In this document: positions 51,140-64,000 of the stretch, piece by piece | Numbering within the stretch: the stretch's first letter is position 1 | Layout: every line of letters begins with the position of its first letter | Source: Camelus dromedarius | Lineage: Eukaryota | Length of the DNA: 64,000 nt | Assembly: GCF_036321535.1 (NCBI RefSeq) | Contig: NC_087436.1 | Location: 44,580,001 to 44,644,000 of the forward strand | Direction of reading: 5' to 3' | Notes under the pieces: generated by a model | Told to the model about the DNA's origin: nothing | Database searches by the model: none | Seen by the model: only the letters and a program-made list of their open reading frames with translations | Made by a program: the position numbers and the translations under genes

Positions 51140-51385
51140 AACAACACCAAATTCATAGAATCAAAGGGTGCGATGGTGATTGCCAGAGGCTGAGGGGACA
51201 GGAAAATGAGGAGTTACTAATCAGAGGCCATAAAACTTCAGTTAATCAAGACGAATAAGTTCTAGAGACCAGCTGTATACACTGTACCTATAGTCAACAA
51301 CAGTGTACTGTACACGTAATTTGTTAAGAAAGTAGATCTTATGTTAAGTGTTCTTACCACAATCAGATAACAAGGTAAAAAAAAT
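51140..51385 (+). mobile_element. L1MA (L1MA10-like) 3' end
   Basis: tggtgattgccagaggctgagg...gaataagttctagagac...tagatcttatgttaagtgttcttaccacaat plus an A-rich tail. Confidence 0.85.
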
Positions 51386-53404
51386 TTTTTTAAGAGAAAA
51401 GTGTTGAGAAAAAAAAACAACAAAAGTACCTGGCACAGGAGAGATTTAATGTATAATCGAAGATAACTTTCTTTTGTTACAATTGAGTTTTGTAGATTGA
51501 ATAACTAAAAATTCAGAATTAATCAATCTCTATCACAAACAAACTTACCAGTAATGAGGCAGGAGAAAAACTTAAAGATTTATTGTTATTAATGAGTTAA
51601 AACACAATTAAGAAATTAAGGGAGGGGGTGGTGAAAGTTACAGAAAAAGTTATGATGATGTGCATTAAATTAGTCAAGTGGGATTAAGTCAAAATACTCA
51701 TTAGAGATTTGTTCTTAAAAGTATTTAAGGCTTAAAAAATATATGCCTGAAAAGCAAACAGATAATGAAAAATAAAATGCTAATAATGATAATCTTGTTC
51801 CTAATCCCCCTTCCCAACCTGGAAAGTGAAGAGAGATGGTGACAAGACATGGGACAAGTACAGACAGGTCAGTATTGCCTCAAATTATAGAATTCGTTGT
51901 TGACTTTGATAAGTAGATAAATATGTTTAAAATGTTCTTTAAAAATAAAGTATCACTAGTAGAATTTCTAAAAGCTTAAAATATATTTCTCAAAGTGCTA
52001 AAGACTTAAAAAGGTGGGAAAACAAACAAGCAAGTAAACATTAGCACAAAATGTTAACAACATTAGAATACTGTATTACTGAGTAAAGCAAGCAGGCTGT
52101 GAAAATAAAAGTACGGTATGGGCTCACTTGTTAAACTCAAGAAGAAATAACTAAAATGTTAGTGGTGGTTATATTTGGCACAAAATTATAATTTTTTCTA
52201 TATAATTGTCTGTCTTATACATGGAGTACAAAATTACTTTTGTAATCAGAAAATAAGCTTTTCTTTTAAAAAGAGAAGAAACAAATGTAAGCGCCGATGT
52301 AGACTATTTCTAGAGGGTGTAGCGGAGAAACAAAGAGTTGAGGAAATTTGAGAACTTGAGTGTTTGAAGCAAGAATTTCGAAGTATATAAAAAGATGTAC
52401 ATATTTGTGGGGCGAGAAAGTGGAGAAGGTTAGCTTATATTTGCAGCTGTGTTTTTCTCAATTTAAAGACTGCTTCTGCGAGCACGATTTCAATGGGCAG
52501 AAAAGCATGATTGACCCTAGTGAAATAACGGAGTATATAAAGTCTGTCTTCTGATTGCATCAGTTCCTTTAGTTTTTTGTTCTTATCTCTTATACCTGAG
52601 CATTCCATAGCCAAAAGTTCAGTTGGCCTTGTGCAATTAATCCAGCTGCAAAGAAAAATATAGGGCCCTAACCACAGTATAATTTTAAAAAGTGTTGAAA
52701 TATAAAATCAGGCAAGCAGTTTCAACAAGTATTGGATTTTTCCAGTCTACCTTCTTTTGGAAATGTCATTTGTTGAAATATTAGGAAAAAAATGTCTGCC
52801 TTTGCTTCGCCAGTGCCTTGACAAGTGGTTGATAATCAAAACTACAATATCTTCATATTTCTTCCCACAGCAAAGTCTCTTCTACGTGATTCATTTACGA
52901 GCATTAACATTGAAGTAACTGATCACGTTTCAACCAGGCCTCACCAGGAGTGATGTCAGTTAATAATGCTCCGTGTCTTAAGTTAGATTAATTTGCATCA
53001 TCTAGTAGGAGGGGAGACATCCTGGAGAAACTAAAGGTCTCTCATCATGACTGTGCTCTGGCCTAAATCTTATGAGTCACACAGGACAAGCAATTCTTTT
53101 TGCCCCTTTTTCCTTTCTTTGTTCATATGACACCAGTGAAGTTTGTGGATTCCTTTTGAAAAGAATTAGTGAAGTCATTCCAAAGATGGACACACTGGGG
53201 TCAATGTTGAGGTTTTTAGAGGCTGGCGTAAAATAACCATCACTACTGTCTGTTCCACAGGGCTCCTTCTGACTCTTATCTTAGATGGACTGTTTTAAAT
53301 CTCTCCCATCCTGTCCACATTGATTTTGATAGATGTTTAATCAACATTCATGTCTTCTAAGTATGAAACCTTGTGCAATCAATCTTTGTAAAATAAAGCA
53401 ATTA

Positions 53405-53550
53405 CAATATGTTTATTAACTTGTTCATTTAATCTTTCCACAAACTTTTATTTCGTACTAAGTTTGGTCAGACATTTGCTAAGAAATGAGGATATAAACA
53501 TGAATAACACAAATTTCTACCCTGATGGAGTTTATGATCCAGTGGGGTAT
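53405..53550 (-). mobile_element. L2 3' end
   Basis: gttcatttaatc...tttattt...gaggatataaacatgaataa...ccctgatggagtttatgatccagtgggg. Confidence 0.65.
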
Positions 53551-56500
53551 GATTTCAGAAATCTTTATATTCCACCATTCATGATTCTATTAGCTCTTCT
53601 ACAAGTAAGTTGGAGGGTGTGGAGGGAGAGGTGAGAAAGGCAGGTGAGATACCTACCGGAATTTGCCATGGATGTCATCTCTTCCTGTCGGTCCTTTCCT
53701 TAGCATCTCTGTGAATTAGAAGAGCAAGGTCTGGCCAAAAGGGAGCTCCGTCTGCCTCCAGGGGTCAGTCTCTCCTTGAAAATCCTTCCCCGAATCGCCT
53801 GAAGCCACTTCTGAGGATCGCAGACTTTCAGGTAAGAAGAAGTCTTCAAGAATTTTTCTTGTATAGAGAAACCAGTTCTACGTTTTCTTTCAAACATGAA
53901 CTGAATCTCAAGCAAGTTTTTCCCTTTGATTGAGATGGAAGGGCTTGTGAGGGTGCTGTATGTTTACATGCACTTTCATATGTCTTTGAAACCTAGACAA
54001 AGATTTTTGCCTTAGGCCACTAAGGGAGTGAATATCACAAAAGGGATTAGCATGCTGTGCTTCATAGCATCAAATCTTGGATTGAGGTATTAGATCATAC
54101 TTTTAATTCAAAAAAGCTTCACATATGTCCAATGCAAGTCAGAATCATGAAGGCACATGACTGAAAAGAGAAAAAAGATTGGCTTTAATTTGAAGTGAAT
54201 CTACTATGATGGTTTATTTGAAAGACAACACAAACTTGTGCATTCAGGATGCTAACATTCTAGCCCCACTAAGAGGCCGCCCCATAACCACAGGTACGTG
54301 CTATTTAAGATCTGCCTGCTTATTAGGAACCCCTCCTTCATTCTACCCTGTCCCAAAAACTCACTTAGCAATTAACAAAATGAAAGCATTCTCTTCCTGG
54401 AATTTTGACTTTCAGGTGGGGAATTTAATTTGCAAAACTGCCTGCAACTAATTAAAATGAGTAGTCACTGTTGGTTTCAAATGGATTATCTCTGAGAAAA
54501 ATCACACTTCAGATTGTCAAAAGAGGGTTTATATCCTGATTTTGAAAAAGCATCTCCTTCCATTGTAAATGCTTTCTCTGTTCAGCCGACTGATGCTCAT
54601 TCAAATTAATGGAATCTGAAACCTGAAGCCACACACTGAAGCTGATTGATAATCCAAGGTTAGTTTCATACATAGATGCTTTACATCAGAGTATTTTTGA
54701 AAGAGTTCTTAGTCCTTTTTCCTTTCTCTTCTCATTTCTTTTGCTTCTGACAGCTATTTCTGTTGCGGAATATACAACCAAAGAAGTGATGTTGTAGATT
54801 TAGTGACTAAATTTAAAATACTTTTTAGCTCACCAGATATTTATTTGTATTGAGCATTTTCACCAAGACTCTTCACAGTTAATTTCATGTATATAATCCA
54901 GTAACAATCGTGTCATAATTGGAGGAGGTATAGCTATAATGCTGCCAACTTTAAAGCAAAATTCTACATGTCTGAATACTTGAACATTTTTTTGTTGTTG
55001 TTTAAGCAACCTAACTTTTTCAAGTTTAATCAAAAATTCAAATTTCAACCCATTTGAATACTAATATGGACTTCATTTTCTTACATTGATCAACTTGAAT
55101 TAATTTGGTTAGTCTAATTATAATAAAATAGGTCTACTAACATTTATCATCTTTAGAGAGTTGATAACAGGAAGTGTTCACAATGTGCCTATTTCTATAC
55201 CCAGTACTCCAATTTTTCTTTTTTAAGTAAATCAGTTTAGTATTTGTATGAACTAAAGGGTCAAGAAATACTAAACATTGAAAGAATTTTATGTTTTAAA
55301 TATAAGTCAGTATCATTAAGCTACTGCTCATTAATGTAGAGGTAATACAAACAAAAAATTGTTTTCATGAATTTGAATAGGGATAAATGATACAAAATTA
55401 AATGAATTTCAACAATACAAGAAAATAGGCAGCTCATTATATTTTGATGCCTTATCACTGTGAGTAGGTTCAGAAAGGATTTTCTGATTTACTTCTTCCT
55501 TCAGGAATATTAGTTTACACTATATGAACAAATGTATCACCTTTACACAAGTTTCGAATTTATGAAGAGATTTGAATGCTTGGAACCATAGAAAAGAGAT
55601 GTCACTGCTTAATTTTCTTAAATTATCAGAAACTTAATTTACAATCACAACTGACCAGTGATATTAAACAAAACTACGTAATATTATGATGTTTAAAAAT
55701 ATCACTCTAAAGTGGAAGTAAAATATAAATATATTTGTACTTATATATTTTCTTGCATACATGTTTTTCGTTACACTTTGCTGGTTTGGAGCTGGTTAGG
55801 AACTGTCTTTTAAGAGAGCTATCTAGAAATTAAAAATAGTACTAATAACATTTTGGAAACATTTGTTATGATTCATCTCTCTAGATCATGCTCCAACAAG
55901 TATACAGTTTAAAAGAAACATAAATGTGCATCATTTAGGAGTATGCCCAAAGAATACTGTGCTAAAAAACACAGAGCATTCAGCGAGAATGGGTGATTAC
56001 AAAATGCATGATAGTAATAGGTATTGAAAAGAAATGTGAAAAAATCAGGAAGATATTTAAAGTTCAAACCCATTTTGAGCACACAGAAAGGGTCCTGTAC
56101 ACCAATACTTAAATTTTGTTTTCTGGCAATGTGTTGCTCCCATAAATAACATTGATAGTTGACTTAGCTAATTTATGGGTTAACCCAGGTCATTCTCATT
56201 AATTTACCAAAAGCTTTAAAGCCATTAGCCGTGCTTGCCTTTGATCATTTCTAAGTTTGCCCCAGGATTCTTTTCTGAAAACTGTTAGTTTACCTCTCCC
56301 ATTTTTTATGATATAATCCTCAATCTTTCACTCATGTTGTGTGTTCTTTAGGTGTTGATCTGCGCCCCACTAAATCACTTCAGTTTTCCTTAATGGGTCA
56401 GGATTAAGAGTTTCCAACTTGAACACACACTTAGGTGCTTTTTCATGTACATTCCCTACTGCCTTCTATGCCAAGGGCAATGTGGAGCAAATGACAGCCT

Positions 56501-57004
56501 TAAAAATTCATATTTTTTATTTCTTTGGAAATCACTACTAGAAAAAAAGGCGGTGGGGGGGGAATGACAACTGCTTGGGGCATAACCTGTATGAAGAAGC
56601 AAAATACTCACATCTGCCTCATAAAAAAAAATCCCACAGATTTTGCTATCAGGTGGAGAAAGTTGGGCTAACTTTTTTTGCCAGAGGTTTACTGAAAAAA
56701 AAAAAAAAAAAAAAAAAAAAGAAGATTTACATCTTGGAATGTGTTCCTGACTCAGAGGAGGGCACTGTCCGTGATTTCACTGGGCAACACAAAACAAGCA
56801 CTACCGTCGGGTCGAGGGGCGGGAATCACACTGACTTCCCACATGCTGTGTCTGATGACATCTGTTCTGTTTGCTACATCTCAGCTCCTGAAGAATGACA
56901 AGTTCAACACAAAATCTCTAACCAGATACCCAGACATATATTGTAACCTTTCAACAGTCTCTGCGACCATAATCATGGATGAAAACAGTCAGAAGGGTGG
57001 GATA

Positions 57005-57205
57005 ATAGTATAGAATGGGCATGGATATTTGAGTCAAGAGAGATCTGTGTTCAGATTTCGGTTCTTCCATTTAACCTCTTTCTGCCTCAGTTCATCTATG
57101 AAAAGGGATAGTGATACCTATTCTGTGTGTTGAGATGAGTTATTGGAAATAATGTATACATTGTGCCTAACACAATTCCTAGTACTCAGGGAATATGCAT
57201 TTATT
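57005..57205 (+). mobile_element. MIR SINE
   Basis: ttgagtcaagagagatctgtgttcagatttcggttcttcc...tttaacctctttctgcctcagtt...gtgcctaacaca. Confidence 0.8.
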
Positions 57206-58718
57206 TCCATAACCCCTTGTACCATGATCAACAACTCCAACGTTGGGCTGAAAGGGAAGTTTAAAAAGGCAAATGGAAATGTCCTTTAATATTTCTGATC
57301 ATGACAGGCCATTGACACTCTGAAGGATACACTTAAAGACACAGATAACAAGAGGTCATACTATATCTGGTTATCTTGTATGGATTGATTCTTGTCATGG
57401 TTAAGGACCATGGATTCACCCAAGCTAGGTTTTCTGAATGGAAGTATGTTAGGGAAGCCCACATTGGGAATACAGATAGCTTTTCAAAAAGTATTGTTTT
57501 CTTTATTGGAGGGTCTTGGCTTCAACTGTATTTACAGAAGGAGATAAGACTCCAGTGGTAGTTTCCCAAAAGAGTATCTTTTCATTTGCTTTTCTCTCTT
57601 CATGTGGGTTGGCAATGTTTTCTTCCTAGCTACTAATTTTTCTCTTGGAGTGAAAATAGAATGTTCTAAATAATTTAGGACAACTGAGAGCCTTAAGGGA
57701 TTTTAGATTTCACTGAGGCTCATATCAAATGACTAATATGTTGAAGTGTTCTAAGTGTTTGGAATTATTCAGGGCAAGGAGGACCACCCCTTTATTGATT
57801 GTAGACTGAAGAATATCATGGAGACTTCTACTCTCCTAACGTGAAACCCAGGGATAGTTCAGAGCCTGATACCTGTCAGAACTGAGAGTTAAAGACACCC
57901 CATGAAGAGCACATCTTTAACTGTAATGTTTTGACCACCTCTCAACTTGTGTTTTCCTATTATATAGTTTAAAGTAGAAGAAATGGTAACCAAATGTGAT
58001 AGGATTTTCATATCTTAAGTTGAATTTCTATGACATGATGCCTAAGCTAAGCAAAATATTCCTTATATGATTTGATCAGAGCAGAGTTCTGTGGTACTAA
58101 TTTTACTAAATTTTGTTCTGGATAATCTGCTTCTATCAGTTTGGTCTATAATTGCCTTAGGTTTTTGTTTGTTTGCTTGTTTGTTTGTTTCTTTCTTTTA
58201 TACCTTTTTCCAGTTGGCGTGTCATCCTTAAACTTTGGGTCATTTTTGTCTCCACATCATTTCACACAAATGTCAAAGCCACATTTCCTCTATTCTGTTA
58301 AGATACTTTGAAGTTAAAAAAGAGGATTTTATACAGTTTAATAAATTTCGCTCTGTTTATTTTGGCTAATCTTTCTGGAAGATCAAATTTTTAACAAATT
58401 TTGATTTAACCATTCAACAATACATGAAAGTATCTTTTGACTCTGAGAAGTCTATAAACCTGATCAAAATGTTTTTCTTGCCTTAATTTATATCTGATAA
58501 AACTGAAAAGCAAAACAGGATCACACCATAGAAACATCCTTTTGCTTTGACACAACACTGCTTGCACCAGAGAGGCAGAACTCAGCAGTATTATCAGTCA
58601 TAACTCTATAGCTTAATGGTCAGGAAAAGGGTATTTCTCCATTTTACCAACATGGATGTCATGAGGCTCCACCAGAAATTTCTTTGAAATTATGAGTCAT
58701 TCTTTGATATGTTTTCTT

Positions 58719-58767
58719 TTTTTTTTTTTTTAACATTTTTTATTGATTTATAATCATCTTAACAATG
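58719..58767 (-). mobile_element. Extremely 5'-truncated camelid-type L1 tail (~49 bp) with 16-bp TSD
   Basis: Minus strand cattgttaagatgattataaatcaataaaaaatgtta(A)n; perfect TSD tttgatatgttttctt at 58703-58718 and 58768-58783. Confidence 0.88.
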
Positions 58768-59064
58768 TTTGATATGTTTTCTTAATCTACCTGTCTAGTA
58801 AACTTATTAAGCATAGAATTGATGTTGGTTTAGACTTTTTCTCCCCCATTAGTAAGGTCACATTAAATTTTAGTAATCACTGTTTTTTTTAGATACTCAC
58901 ATTATTTATTCAAAGTTTCACTTGAGTTTTTTCTAGTAAGAAACTGTGAAATTACTCGATTCTAAGGAGATCTAATATCTGAGGCAAAGATAATATGATT
59001 CACATCTCTATTTCCTAAGATATAAATGTTTACCTCTTCTTGTGTATTAGAAAAACCTATATAG

Positions 59065-59195
59065 AGTTTTTTAAAATGCTGAAACCTGAGCCCTTCCCCA
59101 AGAGATTCTGGTTGAATAGTTTGTGATGAACTAAGTTACCTGTAGTTTTTTCGAAAATTATACAGGTGGAGACCTTCACTTCTGAGAGTAATGCA
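59065..59195. mobile_element. MER5-like DNA transposon fragment
   Basis: ttaaaatgctgaaacctgagccc..cccaagagattctggttgaatag...caggtg. Confidence 0.5.
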
Positions 59196-59902
59196 ATAGG
59201 TTATGGTAGGCTAGTGGTACCACTACCTTAAATAGAAAAATACAGATAATTTATTAAAAATTTATTTTTTGAATATATTAACTTGCTCTGGAAGCACTGA
59301 GATAAGTAAAATTCTAGGTAAAGAGAACGATATTAAGTCTTTCAGGACTAAGGACACAGATTAATGCCAGCCTCTCAATCCAAAAATGTGGTTCAGACCT
59401 AAAGAGTAGGGGAAAATCAGAAGTAAACTGAGTTCTACTAAACTAAACCCAGCCATACCCCAACTTAATTTTTGAGTGTGTTATGGTGATTAGACCTTCA
59501 CCCTCTCTGCCTAACAAACTCTCTTTGGTTGAGAATAACATCATCTAAAGTCTATATTGGTCTTTAGTTCAAAATGCTTAGCATAATAAAAAAAATGTAG
59601 ACACACTAAGAGGGAAGACAATCTGATCAATAACTGAAAGAAAGTCAAATACTGGAAGCTGGTTCACATGACCTAGATATTCAGGTTAGAGGAAATGGAG
59701 GAAAATACAGAAAAAATATGTGAAAACATGAAAGTTTCCAATAGAGAAAGTATCTGAAAGCAAAAATAATAAACTGGACATCCTCAAACTGAAAACTACA
59801 AGATCTAGAGTTAAAACTCAGGGTATTAATTGATTAAAACTCAGAAATTAAAGCAGTTCAGACAGAGCAGAACACAATACTAGCGTGTATAGCGATCTAT
59901 AA

Positions 59903-60350
59903 TGTGAAGAACCAATTCAGCTGAGTGATTTTATCTTACTTAGAAGGTCACAAGCTAGCCTACTAGTCTTTCATGAATTCTAGCAGAAGGCAGAAGATCC
60001 TTGAGTCAGAGACAAAGAATTTTATTACTCAGAGCCCAATAGACAGCATGAACTTCATTTTTGTACAAGTTCCTGACTCTCACCAAGTCCACAAAGTAAT
60101 GCAGGGGGGCATGTGTGAAGACCTACACACAACCACACGATGCCACATTGTGTTTCAGGAGACACATGCTGGTCAGAGGGGGTTCACCACCCTTATAGCA
60201 AGCAGAAATAAGCTTGCTATTTGTCCTCAGTCCTCAAGTTTCCTTACTGCAAACACAACCCCGAGAACTGTCCCAGTAAAGTGTAGTCAGGGTCGTCTGT
60301 TCTTGGCATATCCAGCAAGTACATGCGGGAATGCTCAGGGCACATGATGG
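59903..60350 (-). mobile_element. ERVL-type LTR (MER74/LTR53-like) within degraded old L1 sequence
   Basis: gagtcagagacaaagaattttattactca motif; higher GC than the flanks; the 124-aa ORF here has no recognisable homology. Confidence 0.5.
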
Positions 60351-61129
60351 AAATGTAGAAATGAGGGAGAGAATGAAGCATCAGAAAGAGGAAATAAGTA
60401 GTGTGGGTAAATATAACTGAATATAGCCTCTATAGAACAATAATTGTAGTATTTTATAAATTTTAAAATATATGTAGAGCTAAAATGCATAACAACAAAA
60501 ATGTAAAATGTGGAAAGAAGAAAACACTTTAATGTTTCTAAAACTCAAATATTTCTATTTTTTCAGGAAATTAGAGAGTATTTTTTATTACTCTGTTGTT
60601 AAGGATACATGGTATACCCTCTGGGGTAAACACTAAAAGAATATATTATTAACAAATTACTAGAGGCCACTGAAAATTTGAATGGTTTGTTACAGAGTAC
60701 AGTAAGCCCTAGCATACAGATATATGTGAGAAAAGTGTGGACTGTGTCATTAATTAGAAAAGTGTCTTAGTGTAAAATAAATGGAGCAATTATTGTGTAA
60801 TTATTATTAATACAGAAGTGGAAGAATGAGTGTCTGATGCAGGACAAGGATTATAAAGAAATTACAGGACAGACTTGAATGACATCTTGTCAATAGGAAA
60901 TTACATACAATTCTATGTGTAAAATATAGTTTAAGAAGAAATTGAGAATAAACTCTTTATTTTTATAATTATTGTCAAGGAAGAATAAAATACAATCGAG
61001 CCAGCTATGGAACACAGGAGAAAGAGCCAGTCTGATGTGATTAAGCAACTTTGACTGGGTTTTATAGTCATGGAATCAAAAGGTTGATGGGCACCTGGAA
61101 AGCCATTTAAGTTCCAAAGTTAACCCTGA

Positions 61130-61425
61130 AACTTTCTCCTCTGATTCTACTTAAATTGTACACACCTATTTAGAAGAAGGAGAATGTCTTTCCATGTGGT
61201 TCAGGAGATAATCTTCCATCCCCCATCTTTCCTATCAATTCAACATACATTATGCCTCCACCAGAACTTATCAAATTGTATTGTACTGTCTGTTGACATT
61301 ATACCTCTGTAGGGAGGGTCTAAGTTTATTGAGGACCAGGAGAGGGTCTGCGTCCATGTTGTTTGCTGTAGACCCCCAGTGGTTGACACAGATATGGTAC
61401 ACAGTGCGTGCTCAGGTATATTTTG
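61130..61425 (+). mobile_element. L2 3' fragment
   Basis: aagtttattgaggaccaggagagggtctg...tgctgtagacccccagtggttgacacag..tggtacacagtgcgtgctcag. Confidence 0.7.
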
Positions 61426-61455
61426 AGGCCTTTTGATAGCCAGTTAGTTAACAGA

Positions 61456-62195
61456 GGTATCAGTTTGGATCCAATCAAAACAGAGAAAACACACAGTCAT
61501 TAGACTAAGAAAGTTTAATATTAAGAATTATTAACTATAACAGGGGATCGGAGCAACAAGGGATTGGTATGTAATAATGGAAGAAAACTTGAGAGACTAT
61601 AAAAGTATGCGGCAGCTCTAAGGAACAGCCACTACCCTTCATGCTGAGATAGAGTGCCCAAGGAAGATGCCCTGACTCCTCTTCAGGGCTTCATTCCAAA
61701 CCTTGTTGGAGACAGCACGGCCATGCCCGCTGATGACAGGCAAGTCATTGTGACGCCATGCTGGAGGAACTTGCAGGAAATGCCGTCTCTGGGGTGCTGG
61801 GGAAAGCTGTTCACAGGGAGATGTCTCACCTGAGGCACTCCTCACTACAAAACCCTCCAAGGTGAGGAGGGAATGCCAAGGGCAGCTGCTGGCTGCTGGT
61901 TCACATGCACAGCAGGAGCCAGACACTGGAGCAGCTGGGAATGCTGCACGAGCCTGGTGCTGCAGAAACCAAGCATGCTGTAGGAGCCTGTGAATGAGCA
62001 AATCAGAACTGGAAAGCGAAACCTGTACTTCCTGCATCGACTTTCCAGCACCCTGTTTGACAAAGCTTCAGAGCCAGATGACAATGGATAAAAGCATTTT
62101 AAGGGCCCAGATTCAGTCTTACAGAGCAGTCAAAAGGGGTGAATTTGGGCCTGAAAGGTATTTAGCTGATAAACTACTGATTAAGCAGTCACACA
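61456..62195 (-). mobile_element. ERVL-type solo LTR (subfamily not assigned)
   Basis: gtatcagtttggatccaatca...gaaagtttaatattaagaattatt at one end and gggtgaatttgggcctgaaagg...caca at the other; GC-richer island of LTR size. Confidence 0.6.
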
Positions 62196-64000
62196 CGTTA
62201 CTATCATTATGGGACACACTTTGCCTGCCAATCAAAAGGTAATTGTGCTGGTACTGTGAAGTAAGGCCAAACAGCAAATCAGTTCTTTATGGCATTAAAT
62301 AATCGTTCACTGACATCACTTATTTCTGGTTCTCTTAACAAAGTTACAACATTTTCATTAAAAAATAATTTAGAACGTTCATTACTCTCAAGTCCTTCAC
62401 ATTTTCTCTCATTGCTTCATAGTCATTAGAGATTATTCCTATATCCTTTCTGGTAGGGGTTCCAGCCAATTAGTGGTTACCGAGCAGACCTTGTCAGGAT
62501 TCACACCATGGCACATAACAAAATGTTTTAGAAAGAGAGCTCAGTTCCATCTAGGTCAACATACAGCTGCTTCAGTGCTGCCCAGCAGGATGTGTCTGCC
62601 ATCCTAATGCCTGTCTTCAACTCGCGGTTAGTGACAAGTGGTCATTTACTTGCTAAGACAAGCTCCATGCTCTTCTGCACTTCTCCGTCTGGCTTTATCT
62701 TCTGGGAGACAGTCTACATATGGTTCATCACAGGTTGGCTCAAGGATGCAGAATTTGGTTTTTGTCTCTCTTCTCTGTGTCTTGTTCCTCTCAAAAAATT
62801 AATTTGGCATTTGTTTTAGTTCTCTTCCATTTTATGATTTCTTTTGATTAAGATTTTCTCTAGTCTAGGTAGAAAAATACAGCATACCCATTAGGAAATA
62901 TAAAAGCATTTGCCTGTTCTTCTAAATCACTTGTTTAGGAAGGAGACATTAAATGTGAAAGGCTTCAGTTTAGATAGTTTTATACATGTATATATTTTCA
63001 TCTACACACTATTACAAATTCTCAAAATGAAACATGTGGTCTCCCAAAGAACTTTCTCACCAAGGGAAAGCTGATTTTGGCAAAGAGCCTCCTTCATTGA
63101 CTTTCAGGGAATTTAGGTAGGTTTCTTAAGCAGACCCTGCCCTTCAGATTTAGTGCAAAAAGAGATCAATCTTCATAGATGTTCATTTTGAACGCATTTT
63201 TAGATACTTTAAGTGATCTCAAGCCTGTCGCTTTGTATCTTAAAATCTGCCCAATTACCTTGATAATTGGCAAAATGAAACACTAAAACTTACTGCTGAT
63301 GAAAGACAAGCGACCAATTAAGGTATCAAACATGGGGCGAAGCAGGCTTATTTTGCACTGCCAGCTCCTGTACATCTGAGACGCAATCTATGCTGCTCTG
63401 AACACGGGCTTAATTTGCCAAATGTTTTGCACCTTTATGTTAAGACCTGGGAAATATCTATCAATATCTTGGTTTTGCTGCTCACCAGAAATTTCAAGTT
63501 ATGTGTTTGGGGAAGTACAATAATGTTTTTTTATATATTTAATATGTGTGAGAGGTCAAAGTTTATAAATTACACGATTGCATTTTTACAAGTGTGTTGA
63601 ATCTTTAAAATTCTTTTTGAGTACTATTAAATGGACTTTCCATTTCTTGATAGTTGTTCTTTTGCTTCAAATTCTAGCCATTCATTAGCAAAGATAAGAT
63701 CATTTTTTTTTTCAGTATTCAGAGTCCTGTTGTCCTGAAAACAGCTGCTGTGAGACTGTTTAAAAGTCTTCAACTAGTTAAGAATATATACATTTATATA
63801 TAAATAGCTGTGTCATTCAAGTCTTTCCACTTATAATTTATATTCTTTGAGCTTCAACCAATGCCCAACTCTCAGCCAGTCCCTGAGGATAATATTTAGT
63901 TTGACTCAGAGTGGCCTAACATACTTATTGTCAGGTATATGTTTTGCTAATCAAATTTGCACTTCTAATCTAGAGGACTCAAGGGATGAATTCCTTACCC

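Noticed and set aside
56695..56720. 26-nt poly(A) as a solo retrotransposed tail
   Set aside because: No convincing TSD or upstream element; treated as a simple repeat
59973..60347. 124-aa ATG-initiated ORF
   Set aside because: Falls within an LTR-like repeat; no recognisable homology
61639..62242. Longest ORF in the window (132 aa) and overlapping ORFs
   Set aside because: They lie inside an LTR-like GC-richer element where stops are rarer; no recognisable domain
1..64000. Prokaryotic-type systems (CRISPR arrays, operons, defence islands) or a CpG-island promoter
   Set aside because: The sequence is mammalian non-coding DNA, with no regularly spaced repeats, long ORFs or CpG island

Overview
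AT-rich, CpG-depleted eutherian genomic DNA. It is most likely from a camelid, based on a vic-1-like tRNA-derived SINE and camelid-type L1 3' ends recognised by eye. I can support no protein-coding gene: every ORF in the track is either decayed L1/ERVL sequence or has no recognisable protein, so this looks like a gene desert or a large intron. Much of the window is interspersed repeat: L1 of several ages, L2, MIR, MaLR/MLT1 LTRs, an ancient ERVL provirus remnant with a readable pol, an ERV1-like LTR and MER20. Several insertion events are cleanly readable, with target-site duplications (TSDs), nesting and one twin-priming inversion. The best non-repeat signals are a ~1.1 kb block dense in TALE (MEIS/PBX/HOX) motifs at 37.6-38.7 kb, a CpG-retaining palindrome with a perfect RFX X-box at 20.4-20.6 kb, and a 91-bp dispersed direct duplication at 44.4/45.5 kb. 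I found no convincing novel biological system. Repeat family names come from remembered consensus sequences, not a database search, and most repeat boundaries are approximate.
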